Below, piece after piece: positions 40,379 through 50,340 of a stretch of DNA of 64,000 nt. The notes under the pieces were generated by a model. The model was not told the origin of the DNA. It saw only the letters and a program-made list of their open reading frames with translations, and did no database searches. The translations under genes were made by a program, and so were the position numbers. Origin of the DNA: an uncultured bacterium (GTDB lineage: Bacteria; Babelota; Babeliae; Babelales; Babelaceae); assembly GCA_963819815.1 (NCBI GenBank), contig CAWFXL010000001.1, positions 864,001 to 928,000 of the forward strand, read 5' to 3'. Position 1 is the stretch's first letter, and each line of letters starts with the position of its first letter.

Positions 40379-41806
40379 TCAAGAGTGCAAGGTGCGCAAA
40401 ATACCCACTTCGCTAAAAGGAATCTTTGTATCTTTAATATGCTGATATTCAACGGGGCCCTTACCAAGAAGTACCAGCAGGCTCCCTGGTTGCGTATGGG
40501 CATAGGCTCTTCGAATCGCACTCTCACGATCAAGATCTACAAGCACCTTATGGCGCTCCTCCTGAGGAATACCTTCCAAGATTGCTTTCACGATATCTTC
40601 TGCCTCCTCTGAGCGTGGATTATCGGTCGTTAAAATAATCTCATCAGCATACTGGGCTGCTACGGCACCCATTAAAGGTCTTTTCAGAGCATCACGGTCA
40701 CCCCCTGCACCAAAGATAGCAATTAGATGCGAGCTTAACGGGCGCACTGCAGAAAAAAAAGCTTCAAACGATGAGGGAGTATGCGCATTGTCGATAACTG
40801 CAATTGCGCCGTTAGGCAACGCATACCTGCATATTCTGCCAGGCACTCCTTGAAAAAGATCGAGTGCCTTTTGAATCACTTCGTGCTGTATACCATAGCG
40901 TTGAACTACTGCTACCGATGCTAACAGATTATAGGCACTAAATTCACCAAGTAATGCCGCGCATGAAAGCTTAAAGGTCCCTTGTGGAGTCTCAAGGTTC
41001 ATGCAAAGCCCTGAAAGGTTACTCGCAAGAAGCCTTCCGTTATAAGAGCCATTACCCTGCATACTGATAGTTTCTTTTGCTATTATAGTAGGTACATTCT
41101 TTCTTACCCTTTCATCATCAGTATTTACGACAACCAATCCACTTGATTGTACAAGCTCATAGAGCTTATACTTCGCAGCAAAATAGTGATCGATACTCTC
41201 ATAAAATTCTGAATGTTCTAAGCTAAAGTTCGTAAAAATCGCCGCATCAAAGAGCACATCATCAAGGCGATGAACACTGAGCGCCTGAGCAGCCGCCTCC
41301 ATAACCACAATTTCAACACCCTTCTTTTTACATTCTGCAAAAAAAGCATGTAAATAATCGGGCTGCGGAGTAGTAAGCGGTGCTTCATACTCTTGATCAA
41401 TAATCGAATATTTAACGGTACCAAGAAGAGCAGTCTTATGTCCTGCAGTCTTCAGAATATGCTCGAGTAAGAAGGCGGTAGTCGTCTTACCTTTGGTACC
41501 AGTAATACCGATTACCTTGAGACTATGTGCAGGATATCCATACGCTTCTGCAGCCAACGCGCTGAGCGCCTTCCTTGCTGAAGGAACCCGCATGAGCTGT
41601 GCATTATGCTGGGTGATAGCCTGAGTGATTACTACAGGAAGTTCGGTGCCTTCTTCGACGACAATTTTAGTAGCTCCCTTCTTGAGAGCGTCAAGAATAT
41701 AGGAGCTTCCTTCTTCTTTAAACCCTTTGATGGCAACAAAGGTACTTCCCGGACCCACATGATCCGTATGGCTGGTGACAAGAAAATGTTTCGGCACTAG
41801 TTTCAT
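40379..41806 (-). CDS. murE: UDP-MurNAc-L-Ala-D-Glu--meso-DAP ligase
   Basis: GITGTKGKTTT, LTTP, D.AHTP, FGAGGDRD..KRP.MG, TDNPR (DAP-type motif). Confidence 0.95.
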   Translation of the reverse strand: MKLVPKHFLVTSHTDHVGPGSTFVAIKGFKEEGSSYILDALKKGATKIVVEEGTELPVVITQAITQHNAQLMRVPSARKALSALAAEAYGYPAHSLKVIGITGTKGKTTTAFLLEHILKTAGHKTALLGTVKYSIIDQEYEAPLTTPQPDYLHAFFAECKKKGVEIVVMEAAAQALSVHRLDDVLFDAAIFTNFSLEHSEFYESIDHYFAAKYKLYELVQSSGLVVVNTDDERVRKNVPTIIAKETISMQGNGSYNGRLLASNLSGLCMNLETPQGTFKLSCAALLGEFSAYNLLASVAVVQRYGIQHEVIQKALDLFQGVPGRICRYALPNGAIAVIDNAHTPSSFEAFFSAVRPLSSHLIAIFGAGGDRDALKRPLMGAVAAQYADEIILTTDNPRSEEAEDIVKAILEGIPQEERHKVLVDLDRESAIRRAYAHTQPGSLLVLLGKGPVEYQHIKDTKIPFSEVGILRTLHS

Positions 41807-41903
41807 GGTCGTTCATAGTTAGAAAAATGTTCCTTATCTACCACCAGTAAGCATGCTTGCAGATCTACCGCGACCAATGCTGTATGAGAAAGTAGGAACT
41901 GTA

Positions 41904-43226
41904 TTATACCTCTATATCAGGCTCTTCTTGAAATTCATGGGCAAACACCAGCACCTGTAAAATACGCTTTGGCGTAGCCTGTTGAATCTTAAAGTGAAAG
42001 TTCTTATATTCAAGCCGATCACCTGACTGGGGAACTCGCTCAAGCTGTTCGATCATGAACCCACCGAGAGTAAGCGCATCCTCAGCTTCAAACTCAATTC
42101 CCAAGAGTTCACCCAACTGCTCAAGCTCGATGCTCGCATCGATCAGATAGCCGCCTGATTTGAGTAAGGTAACCTTATCAGGTACTGCTTCGTACTCATC
42201 ACTAATCTCACCAACGATCTCTTCAATGACATCTTCAAGGGTTACAAGGCCGGTAATGCCACCAAACTCATTGAGTACCATTGCAATATGCATCCTCTGC
42301 TCTCTAAAGTCCTGCATAGCACGAAGCACTTTTGCACTTTCAGGGAAAAAGATAATAGGTCGGACAATCTCCTTCAGTGGACGATCTTCTCCTTTTGAGA
42401 GCAATAGGAAGAAATCTTTTTGATGAAGCATACCGATAATATTGTCAGCAGTATCTTCATACACGGGAAGTCTTGTATATTGGTACTTTGAAAAGAGCTC
42501 AAGAGCCTCTTTTTGTGGACTGGCTACGTTTACCGTAATGATCGAGGTCGCGGGGACCATCACATCCTTAATAGGAGTCGTACCCAACTCGAAGATACTC
42601 TTCAACATAGCTATCTTATGGCGCTCCATGAGACCTTTCTCATTAATATAGCTCAGCAAGAATTGAATCTCTTTCTCAGACCCGATTGCATCAGCCGTAT
42701 CTTTAACACTACTGCCTGCAATCCAATGAGTTACCGAATCGGCAATCATCGACAAGAAGCTTACCGGATACTGAAAAACCCAATAGATAACATTGGTAAT
42801 CCATAAAGTAGAATGAAAAAGCCTTTCTCCATGGATTGCGGCGATATTTTTGGGGATAAGATCGGTAAGCAAAATCGTGGTTGAAGTAACAAGTATACCG
42901 ATTGCAAAACCCAATCTCTCAGAAATATTCAGCGCTTTACTTATAGATGCCATAACTTCATTACTAAAGACAGCAGCAAGAACATTCGATAAATTGTAAG
43001 CAATTAAGACGCCAATCAAAATTCGATTTGGACTATGCTCAAATACATGAAACAATCCCCTGTATTTACTCGTACCCTGAGCAATCTCCTTTAATTTGAA
43101 GAGGCGAATAGCAGTTATTGATGTTTCGATAAACGAAAAGAGTGCACAACACGCAAGTGACAATATAAAAAAGAGTAGATTTGTTTGAAAAAAGCCATCA
43201 AGGGGAGGTTCCATCAGCTTTTCCAT
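41904..43226 (-). CDS. Hemolysin/CNNM (CorB/TlyC) family transporter with CBS pair and CorC domain
   Basis: FS..ET, .IPK.IA, YTRLPVY, NEFGG.TGLVTLED.IEEIVGEI.DEY, TLGG. Confidence 0.93.
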   Translation of the reverse strand: MEKLMEPPLDGFFQTNLLFFILSLACCALFSFIETSITAIRLFKLKEIAQGTSKYRGLFHVFEHSPNRILIGVLIAYNLSNVLAAVFSNEVMASISKALNISERLGFAIGILVTSTTILLTDLIPKNIAAIHGERLFHSTLWITNVIYWVFQYPVSFLSMIADSVTHWIAGSSVKDTADAIGSEKEIQFLLSYINEKGLMERHKIAMLKSIFELGTTPIKDVMVPATSIITVNVASPQKEALELFSKYQYTRLPVYEDTADNIIGMLHQKDFFLLLSKGEDRPLKEIVRPIIFFPESAKVLRAMQDFREQRMHIAMVLNEFGGITGLVTLEDVIEEIVGEISDEYEAVPDKVTLLKSGGYLIDASIELEQLGELLGIEFEAEDALTLGGFMIEQLERVPQSGDRLEYKNFHFKIQQATPKRILQVLVFAHEFQEEPDIEV

Positions 43227-43743
43227 CCTTTTTGTTGAAGGTTATACGGTTTGCTCATACTATCGTAGTCATATTCCCAATTTTTTCCACAGCCCTCAGA
43301 TACCTTCCTAAAGGGTCTCCTGAGGCTCCTCATGGAGAATGATCACTCACCCTCTCAAGGTATTAAACTTCCTAACGTACCTATCGAGCCGGGCACCTTT
43401 GCATAGGTTGAACTTTTAAGATCTTCTCATAAAAGTTCGTTATATAGCTGCCTCCGAAGTACATATCGGCATACTCTAGAGCGCATCTTATCCTACTAAT
43501 GAATGCATCAGCATTTACAGTTTCAATGAATTCAAAAAATATCGCTGCTTCGATGTCTTTAAGTATATTTTTAATCTTTTTTCACGTCAATATTCTCTCA
43601 TTCTGCTAAGGGGCAAGAGAGCTCTAACGTATGGTATGAAGAAACCCACCTCCACTGGCTCACCAGCCTTCCTTGACATTTTTCAGAAGATTCCGTACTC
43701 TTATTACCATAAGAAAGAATTGGAATAATAATGGAGAAAAATC

Positions 43744-44592
43744 ATGACAAGTTTAAATGTATCTAAAGCCCTCATTTCCCTACTTACATTCGCATGCTTC
43801 AACAGCCAAGCAATGGATCTGGCAAAACCCAGTGAAGTGTACCTTTCCTTAGACGCCTCCAGTTCAGTACAAGATGATTGGAAGTCAAAAGGACTTGCCG
43901 TGGTAGGAGCTGGTGCCGGGCTTACGCTTCTTTGGTATTGCGGGAAAACACTTGGCACGTATTTTGAAAAGTATGTACACAAACCTCATCTTGAAATGGT
44001 AGCAGATCTCGAGGCTATGCCACAAGAACCTCGCTTTGAGATGATGGTGCAGAAATCTGAACACCAGGTAGACAAGACTGCCAGCAAACTTAAGGTTGAT
44101 GAAGCAACGAGGTACCGATTAAATCTTACTGTACAGACTAATGCGAGGATAAAAGAATCGATTACAAGCGGCAATACCTTTGCCAAGTTTAGAAATGTCC
44201 TTCTTTGGGGCCCCGCTGGTTCTCCTAAGCGCATGATCGCTCAAGAATTGGCGCGACTTGTTCACCTGGATTACTACGAAATATCGATCTCATTGCTTCA
44301 AAACATCAAGAAAGCTGATATTTCCAATGTCATACAGGTATTCTTCGACCAGAAATTTCCAAAGTCTTCAGGTCCCGCCCTTATCTATATTGATGATGCA
44401 GAGTTGCTTTTCACTTCTATGTCTGAAATCAATGATACTCATTCGATCCTGATTCGAAATGCTCTGACAGACATCTTCAAATCTCGCAAATCACAGCTCT
44501 TAGTTGTCTTTGGCTCAACAAAATCGCCTGCATTTACTGACGATACTGGATTACTCCTAGATGAAATGATCGGGATACCTACATCTAAGTAG
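43744..44592 (+). CDS. Secreted/membrane ATAD3-like AAA protein with degenerate Walker A
   Basis: Signal peptide plus TM; FRNVLLWGPAGSPKR (in place of GPPGTGKT); IYIDDAE Walker B. Confidence 0.6.
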   Translation: MTSLNVSKALISLLTFACFNSQAMDLAKPSEVYLSLDASSSVQDDWKSKGLAVVGAGAGLTLLWYCGKTLGTYFEKYVHKPHLEMVADLEAMPQEPRFEMMVQKSEHQVDKTASKLKVDEATRYRLNLTVQTNARIKESITSGNTFAKFRNVLLWGPAGSPKRMIAQELARLVHLDYYEISISLLQNIKKADISNVIQVFFDQKFPKSSGPALIYIDDAELLFTSMSEINDTHSILIRNALTDIFKSRKSQLLVVFGSTKSPAFTDDTGLLLDEMIGIPTSK

Positions 44593-44717
44593 GTTGGACG
44601 TCCTTAGGTGCTCGACAAGAATCTCATTAAAAGTGCTTTAGCATAGATTCTCATATTCAATCGGGAATCGTTGGGGACGATACCCCAATCACCTGTGATT
44701 TTGAATCATGAGCTCAT

Positions 44718-46424
44718 TTATAAGGCGTTAAGTTCGTGCGCTTTTGTAAGCAAGGTATCTAATGAAACTCCCAGTTCTTGCTTGCCATCAGCATAGCGGA
44801 TACTGACAGTACCTGCTTCAACCTCTTTATTGCCCACCACAAGCATCCAAGGAATCTTAGCCAGCTGGGCCGATTTAACTTTGGAGGTAATCTTATCGGA
44901 GCTCAGATCAACCTCAACACGCATACCCTCTTTCTTAAGTCGCGAATAGAGATCTTGTGCGTAGGCATCTTGTCCTTCAGTGATCGTTAAGATCCTGATT
45001 TGCACCGGTGCAAGCCAGAAAGGCAAATGCCCTTTATAATGCTCAAGAAGAATAGCAAAGAATCGTTCAAGTGATCCATAAATAGCCTGATGAATAATGA
45101 CCGGTCGTTCTTGCTTTCCTTCAGCAGAAACATACGTCAGATCAAAGTTCTGAGCTTGGAAGAAATCAACTTGAATAGTACCCGTCTGCCATGCTCTCCC
45201 CATCGCATCTTTAATAACAATCTCAATCTTAGGTCCATAAAATGCCCCTTCTCCTTCTTGAATGGCAAAGGGCTGACCAAATTTTGTGAGAGCATCTTCA
45301 AGAGCTTTAGTCGCCAGCTTCCATTCAGCATCAGAGCCCATAGACTTTGCAGGACGTGTCGATACCGCTAAATTAATCGAGGTAAAGTCACACTTCTTAA
45401 GAACCCGAAAAGCGATCTCAAGAATCTTAAGAATCTCCTGTTCTACTTGCTCAAGCGTACAAAAGATATGCGTATCATCAATAGTAAATGCACGCACCCG
45501 TAAGAGACCATGCAGTACTCCAGACAGTTCAAATCGATGTACATGGCCAAATTCTGCAAGCTTTAACGGCAATTCACGATAGGATCGCGGATGGTGTCCA
45601 AAAATAAGAAATGCGCCTGGACAGTTCATCGGCTTGATCGCATATTGCGTGCCATCAATCTCTGAAAAATACATATTTTCTTTATAGTGATGATAGTGGC
45701 CTGAGCGTCTCCAGAGGTCAGCATTTAATACGGTCGGAGTCGCAATCTCTTTATAATCATATTCCTTATGCAGTTGCCTCATATAGGCCATTAGGGTCAT
45801 AATAATTTGCTGGCCCTTAGGATGAAAAAAAGGAAACCCCGCTGCATCATCATGCAATGAAAAGTAATCAAGCTGTTTTCCAAGGCGTCTATGATCATAC
45901 TGCAATAAATCTTCTTGATGTTTTTCAAAGGCACTCAGCTCTTCAGCCGTGAAAAATGCCGTACCATGGATACGCTGTAAAGCCTGCTTACTCTTATCTG
46001 CTCTCCAATAGGACCCTGATATACCTAGGAGCTTAAAATATTTAATATCACCAGTCGAAGCAACGTGCCCTCCGCGGCACAGATCTTTAAAATCACCTTG
46101 TTCAGATAGGCCAACCATATCTGATGGTATTTCGTCGATCATTTCAAGCTTAAACGGATTATTCTTAAACAAGGCTCGCGCTTCATCCTTAGGTATCTCT
46201 CTATGCTTTAAAGGAAAATTTTTCTTTGAGAGTTCATGCATGCGCTCTTCAATAGCATGGAGATCTTCCTCTTTGAGATTCCTAGGAGGAAGAAAGTCAT
46301 AAAAGAACCCCTCTTCAGTAGCAGGCCCAATCGTTAGCAGGGTACCCGGATAAAGTTCTAAAATTGCCTGTGCCGCTAAATGAGCTGCTGAATGTCGTAA
46401 AATGCTAAGGTCGTTCTGTGCCAT
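44718..46424 (-). CDS. thrS: Threonyl-tRNA synthetase (no N-terminal TGS domain)
   Basis: RHSAAHL, DLCRGGHV, DHRRLG, KPMNCP, RVRAFT.DD, GAFYGPK, GSLERF. Confidence 0.98.
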   Translation of the reverse strand: MAQNDLSILRHSAAHLAAQAILELYPGTLLTIGPATEEGFFYDFLPPRNLKEEDLHAIEERMHELSKKNFPLKHREIPKDEARALFKNNPFKLEMIDEIPSDMVGLSEQGDFKDLCRGGHVASTGDIKYFKLLGISGSYWRADKSKQALQRIHGTAFFTAEELSAFEKHQEDLLQYDHRRLGKQLDYFSLHDDAAGFPFFHPKGQQIIMTLMAYMRQLHKEYDYKEIATPTVLNADLWRRSGHYHHYKENMYFSEIDGTQYAIKPMNCPGAFLIFGHHPRSYRELPLKLAEFGHVHRFELSGVLHGLLRVRAFTIDDTHIFCTLEQVEQEILKILEIAFRVLKKCDFTSINLAVSTRPAKSMGSDAEWKLATKALEDALTKFGQPFAIQEGEGAFYGPKIEIVIKDAMGRAWQTGTIQVDFFQAQNFDLTYVSAEGKQERPVIIHQAIYGSLERFFAILLEHYKGHLPFWLAPVQIRILTITEGQDAYAQDLYSRLKKEGMRVEVDLSSDKITSKVKSAQLAKIPWMLVVGNKEVEAGTVSIRYADGKQELGVSLDTLLTKAHELNAL

Positions 46425-46796
46425 TGTTCTATCCTCGTAAGTATGCGCTCAGTGTACTTGATAGAGGGAAAATCGTCAAAGAGAGTTCTTGAGGTGCATG
46501 ATAGTTGAGAAATGAATATCTATTTGACCAAGAACATATGAAATCTCTCACCTGGGATAGCGGGCATACTTCATACAGCTTCCGCTCACTAATCTGTCAA
46601 GGACCCAGCAAGTAGAATGACCTAAGCATAGTCACCCAAAACCCCGTTCTATACTATAGTATCGCCACATTTGAGGAGCTCAAGATCCTAGATTTTTAAA
46701 GTACTTGAAAAAAAATATCTCAAAACTCTTCCCTTTCGTAACTTACTTAGTGTATGCTACACTATGACCAGTGGTAAACCAATGAGATAGAAGACT

Positions 46797-47237
46797 ATGA
46801 GCAAGATTATGGCTTTGGACTTGGGAGATGCCTGGATAGGCATTGCGGTAACCGACATAACCGGTATGTTTGCACGTCCTGTGACGACGGTAGCTACTAA
46901 GGACATTGACTCAGTTCTTGCTAAATTAGTTAGAGATGAAAAGATTAAAACGGTCATCGTTGGATATCCACGTACCATGAAGGGAGGAGAAAGCGACCAA
47001 ACAAGAAAAATTATCGCCCAGAAGGAACGCCTCGCTCAAACATTTCCCGAACAAGAATTTATCTTATGGGATGAACGCTTAAGTAGTCAGCGAGCTCAAG
47101 CGCTCGCTCCGAAAAAGAAATCACCCGAGGAAAAACTTAAAGAGCATGCACGAGCTGCAGCCTTTATTCTTGATTCATATACTACTTTTTTACGAGCAAG
47201 AAAAGACCAAGAAGCGAAAGAAGTTGACAAGTTATAA
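46797..47237 (+). CDS. ruvX: Holliday junction resolvase-like/pre-16S rRNA nuclease RuvX (YqgF)
   Basis: ALDLG...IGIA, VGYP..M.G, WDERLSS, AA.IL. Confidence 0.93.
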   Translation: MSKIMALDLGDAWIGIAVTDITGMFARPVTTVATKDIDSVLAKLVRDEKIKTVIVGYPRTMKGGESDQTRKIIAQKERLAQTFPEQEFILWDERLSSQRAQALAPKKKSPEEKLKEHARAAAFILDSYTTFLRARKDQEAKEVDKL

Positions 47238-47253
47238 TTATATGAGATAGACT
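47224..47253 (+). promoter_or_regulatory. Sigma70-type promoter
   Basis: TTGACA-18 nt-TAGACT upstream of the zinc-ribbon ORF and tsaB. Confidence 0.6.
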
Positions 47254-47307
47254 AGTAGGAATATATCTTATTCACTAAGCTACTTTTTTTGAAGGGAGAA
47301 AAGAAGC

Positions 47308-47487
47308 ATGAAGTGTACAAAGTGTTCAGGACTGATGGTTTTGCAGTCCTTCTTTGACCATTTTCTTAATTTCGAAGGCTGGAAATGCCTAAATTGTGGT
47401 AAAGTCATCGCTAAGAAAGAGAAAGCATTAGAATTTGATGCTTTCGGCACTTTCTATCAACAACAAAAAGCTAGTAATAGGAGCTAA
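47308..47487 (+). CDS. Small zinc-ribbon protein (59 aa, absent from the ORF track)
   Basis: MKCTKCSGLM...WKCLNCGK (two CxxC); GGGAG RBS; stops 10 nt before tsaB. Confidence 0.8.
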   Translation: MKCTKCSGLMVLQSFFDHFLNFEGWKCLNCGKVIAKKEKALEFDAFGTFYQQQKASNRS

Positions 47488-47497
47488 CTAAAAAGGT

Positions 47498-48187
47498 ATG
47501 GCCTTATTTCTAACCGTACATGCCCGTTACCATGATGTACAGTGGGGACTGTTTAATGGCAGTCAACGAATCGTCAGTACGGCCAATGAGAGTAAAAAAA
47601 TTAGTAAGCACTTTATCGAAACTCTCGATAGAATGCTTAAAAAAAGCAATCTTTCATTGTCTGATCTGTCATTCATAGCTGTACATCAAGGCCCGGCGCC
47701 ATTCACAACTCTCCGTGTCTGTTTATCGACCGTCAATGGTATCAGCTACGCTTCTGGATTACCACTTGTAGGGGTAAACGGCCTTGAAGCACTACTTGAT
47801 GAGCAGATAGTACCTGGTGACCAGCGTATTACCGTAGCTCTTTTAAACGCATTTTCTCAGGATGTTTATTATGCCCTGTATGATCCTAAGAGCTGCATTC
47901 GCTCATTAGGCTATGCCCATGCAGAAAAATTTCTCATGCTTCTTAAGGAGCAATATCAAGAACCTCTTACGTTTCTTGGCAATGCCTGTCCTCTCTATGA
48001 AAAATCGATAGAATCATTATTCGGTCCACAAGCCATCCTGAAATCGGTCGATATGGTATCTCTTGAACAAATAGCTCAATCTGCTCTTGCAAAATGGGAA
48101 AATCAGGAGATTAGCAATCAGATTATGCCGATCTATTTGAAAGACTACTCACCACCCTTGCATCCCCAAATTATTGGCCCACACTAG
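47498..48187 (+). CDS. tsaB: tRNA threonylcarbamoyladenosine biosynthesis protein TsaB
   Basis: L.DL..IAV.QGPAPFTTLRV, GLPLVGVN.LEAL, P.YLK. Confidence 0.85.
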   Translation: MALFLTVHARYHDVQWGLFNGSQRIVSTANESKKISKHFIETLDRMLKKSNLSLSDLSFIAVHQGPAPFTTLRVCLSTVNGISYASGLPLVGVNGLEALLDEQIVPGDQRITVALLNAFSQDVYYALYDPKSCIRSLGYAHAEKFLMLLKEQYQEPLTFLGNACPLYEKSIESLFGPQAILKSVDMVSLEQIAQSALAKWENQEISNQIMPIYLKDYSPPLHPQIIGPH

Positions 48188-48468
48188 TTGGTAAGTATTT
48201 TCGCAAGCGATAGTCTATCGAAGACTTGCGTATCCACGAGAGTGCATATAATGTTGGCTGCAGAAATAATATTTTTTTCCACGGTTCATGATTCTTATTG
48301 TATTCAGTTACGCTTCATCAGATTACTTTGAAAACAGAGCTTTCATCGGAAGGGTTTATAATCAAACTCATTTAACATAGTATTGCACTTCTAGCTTTAG
48401 TTCGTTTAGGATGATAATAACTGGGTAACGAGCTCAAAAACAAAAACCTACTAAAGGGGAGAAATCAT

Positions 48469-50040
48469 ATGAAGTTGGTATCTGTTACTAAAATACTTGG
48501 GTTAGTCATAACCCTTACTTTGCTGGCGCCTACGTTAGCAAAATCTGACAAACATCATAACTGTGAAGTCGTAAAGTTTGTCAAAGGTGGCGCTCCAGCA
48601 GGGGGTGATGGTTCTAGGAAACATCCCTACAATTTGCTGCAAACGGCGCAAGCTGATGCCTCCTGGGACGTTCTTGTTGTGCTCTCTTCATCAGTTGCTT
48701 TGACCGATGGTATTATTCTATCAGGACGAAATCTTATTGGCGAAGACAATCCTACCTGTATAACACTATCTGCGAAGCAACCGACACTTTCAACTCATGG
48801 AGTTACCGTCGTAGGTAACGCGATTATAGAAAACATCTCTTTTCAAAATATGACCGGTTCTGCTATCAATTTTGATAAAGCAGAGAACCTTACGGTCAAA
48901 AATGTCCGCATTAACAACTTTAATACAGCAAAAAGCACCAGCTCCTCTGCATCAGGAATAACGGCTACCAGCATAAATCCAGGGAAAACTCGTCTTGAGC
49001 ATGTAATTATAAGTACCAGTAATAGCACCTCAACACCTGGGGTCTATGAACTAGCCAAAGCAAATCGAGAACTAGACGTAGAAGAATGCGAGCTTTTTGC
49101 ACTGAGCAGTACAGGCATCCATACTCAGCCAACAGGAAGCTCTATACGCTACTCATTATCAGTTGTTGATTGTTATCTTCACGATTTTATTGGTAGTCCA
49201 CTTGGCATCCTATGCTCTCCCGATCAGGCTATACAAACTGCTTTTGTGAAAAATTCAGTATTTAATAATATTGGAGCTGGTACTACTATTTCATACCAGC
49301 CAACGGATACAGCATCATTTGTATTAAAAGTTGATACGTGCAGATTTGAGGAAACCACAGCAAACACTGGCACTGCAATAGAGATTATCAGTATAAATTC
49401 ATTAAGTGAGCTGAGTGTAGAAAACTCAACATGCACAAACATGGCAACTTTCTTCAAGGGAATACTAGATGATACCAACAACGAACCATCAAGCATCCAG
49501 AAAAATATACTCTGCGGTAATAAAGTTTCAGCTGGCACCTTCTACCAAACCACCAATACTTCGACGAGCACGAGCAATCCGCGGGTAGCTATAACTCAGA
49601 TAAAAGAGAATACCTTTACTGGACTGACTGGTGTGCTCATAACACAGACTGGGACATTGTACAAGCTACTTGATATTATTTTTGAGCATAACTGTTTCAC
49701 CGGCACTGGTCCGGGGAGTTTTGGTTTTCATACCACCTCAAACTTCAATGTCGGTAACGCAGTCATTAAGGCTCACTGTAACTCGATCTCTAATTTCGCG
49801 ACAGATATTAACGATGCTGGAAGCAATGTCAACTACCTTGTGAGCAGAAACTTTTGGGGACAGCCTACTGCTTCTTGCTCAAGCTCAACGCCATGCCCAG
49901 GCAAATACCAAATCTGTCAAAATAATTTGTGCCTTGGACCAACAACTTCTCTTGGTACCTCGGGTCACCCATTCACCGGCTTCGTAGATGCGAATGATCC
50001 ACTTGCACAATCTATCAAATGTCCCGAAGGGTGTTGCTAA
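48469..50040 (+). CDS. Secreted Cys-rich beta-helix protein, paralog D
   Basis: Same signal/cap (GDGSRKHPYNLLQTA), NFWG and Cys-rich end as paralogs A-C. Confidence 0.8.
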   Translation: MKLVSVTKILGLVITLTLLAPTLAKSDKHHNCEVVKFVKGGAPAGGDGSRKHPYNLLQTAQADASWDVLVVLSSSVALTDGIILSGRNLIGEDNPTCITLSAKQPTLSTHGVTVVGNAIIENISFQNMTGSAINFDKAENLTVKNVRINNFNTAKSTSSSASGITATSINPGKTRLEHVIISTSNSTSTPGVYELAKANRELDVEECELFALSSTGIHTQPTGSSIRYSLSVVDCYLHDFIGSPLGILCSPDQAIQTAFVKNSVFNNIGAGTTISYQPTDTASFVLKVDTCRFEETTANTGTAIEIISINSLSELSVENSTCTNMATFFKGILDDTNNEPSSIQKNILCGNKVSAGTFYQTTNTSTSTSNPRVAITQIKENTFTGLTGVLITQTGTLYKLLDIIFEHNCFTGTGPGSFGFHTTSNFNVGNAVIKAHCNSISNFATDINDAGSNVNYLVSRNFWGQPTASCSSSTPCPGKYQICQNNLCLGPTTSLGTSGHPFTGFVDANDPLAQSIKCPEGCC

Positions 50041-50092
50041 TCTAGGGATGCACGGGATTTAAGCCGTAGAGGGAAGCATTTCAAGTTCATTC

Positions 50093-50130
50093 AGTAAGCG
50101 GGACCCTACACGTGTAGGGTCCCGCTTACT
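50093..50130. repeat. Perfect 38-bp palindrome downstream of paralog D
   Basis: AGTAAGCGGGACCCTACAC|GTGTAGGGTCCCGCTTACT. Confidence 0.95.
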
Positions 50131-50340
50131 CGATACAGTACTAGATTTTTCCCTATTCAATCTTTCAGCCAGCAACGTTCTGAACTGGGAACTCTATTTT
50201 ATGAGCACCGTTCACCAAGAATCTGTTTTCTTCCTGCATTGATTCACTAAGTATTGAAATTGCGCTTTTCTTTAGAGTATGATGAAAGTAATTGGGTAAA
50301 GGGCCCAAAAAACAAAAACCTACTAAAGGGGAGAAATCAT

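Noticed and set aside
44718..46424. ThrRS lacking the N-terminal TGS domain
   Set aside because: Short ThrRS forms are common; not novel
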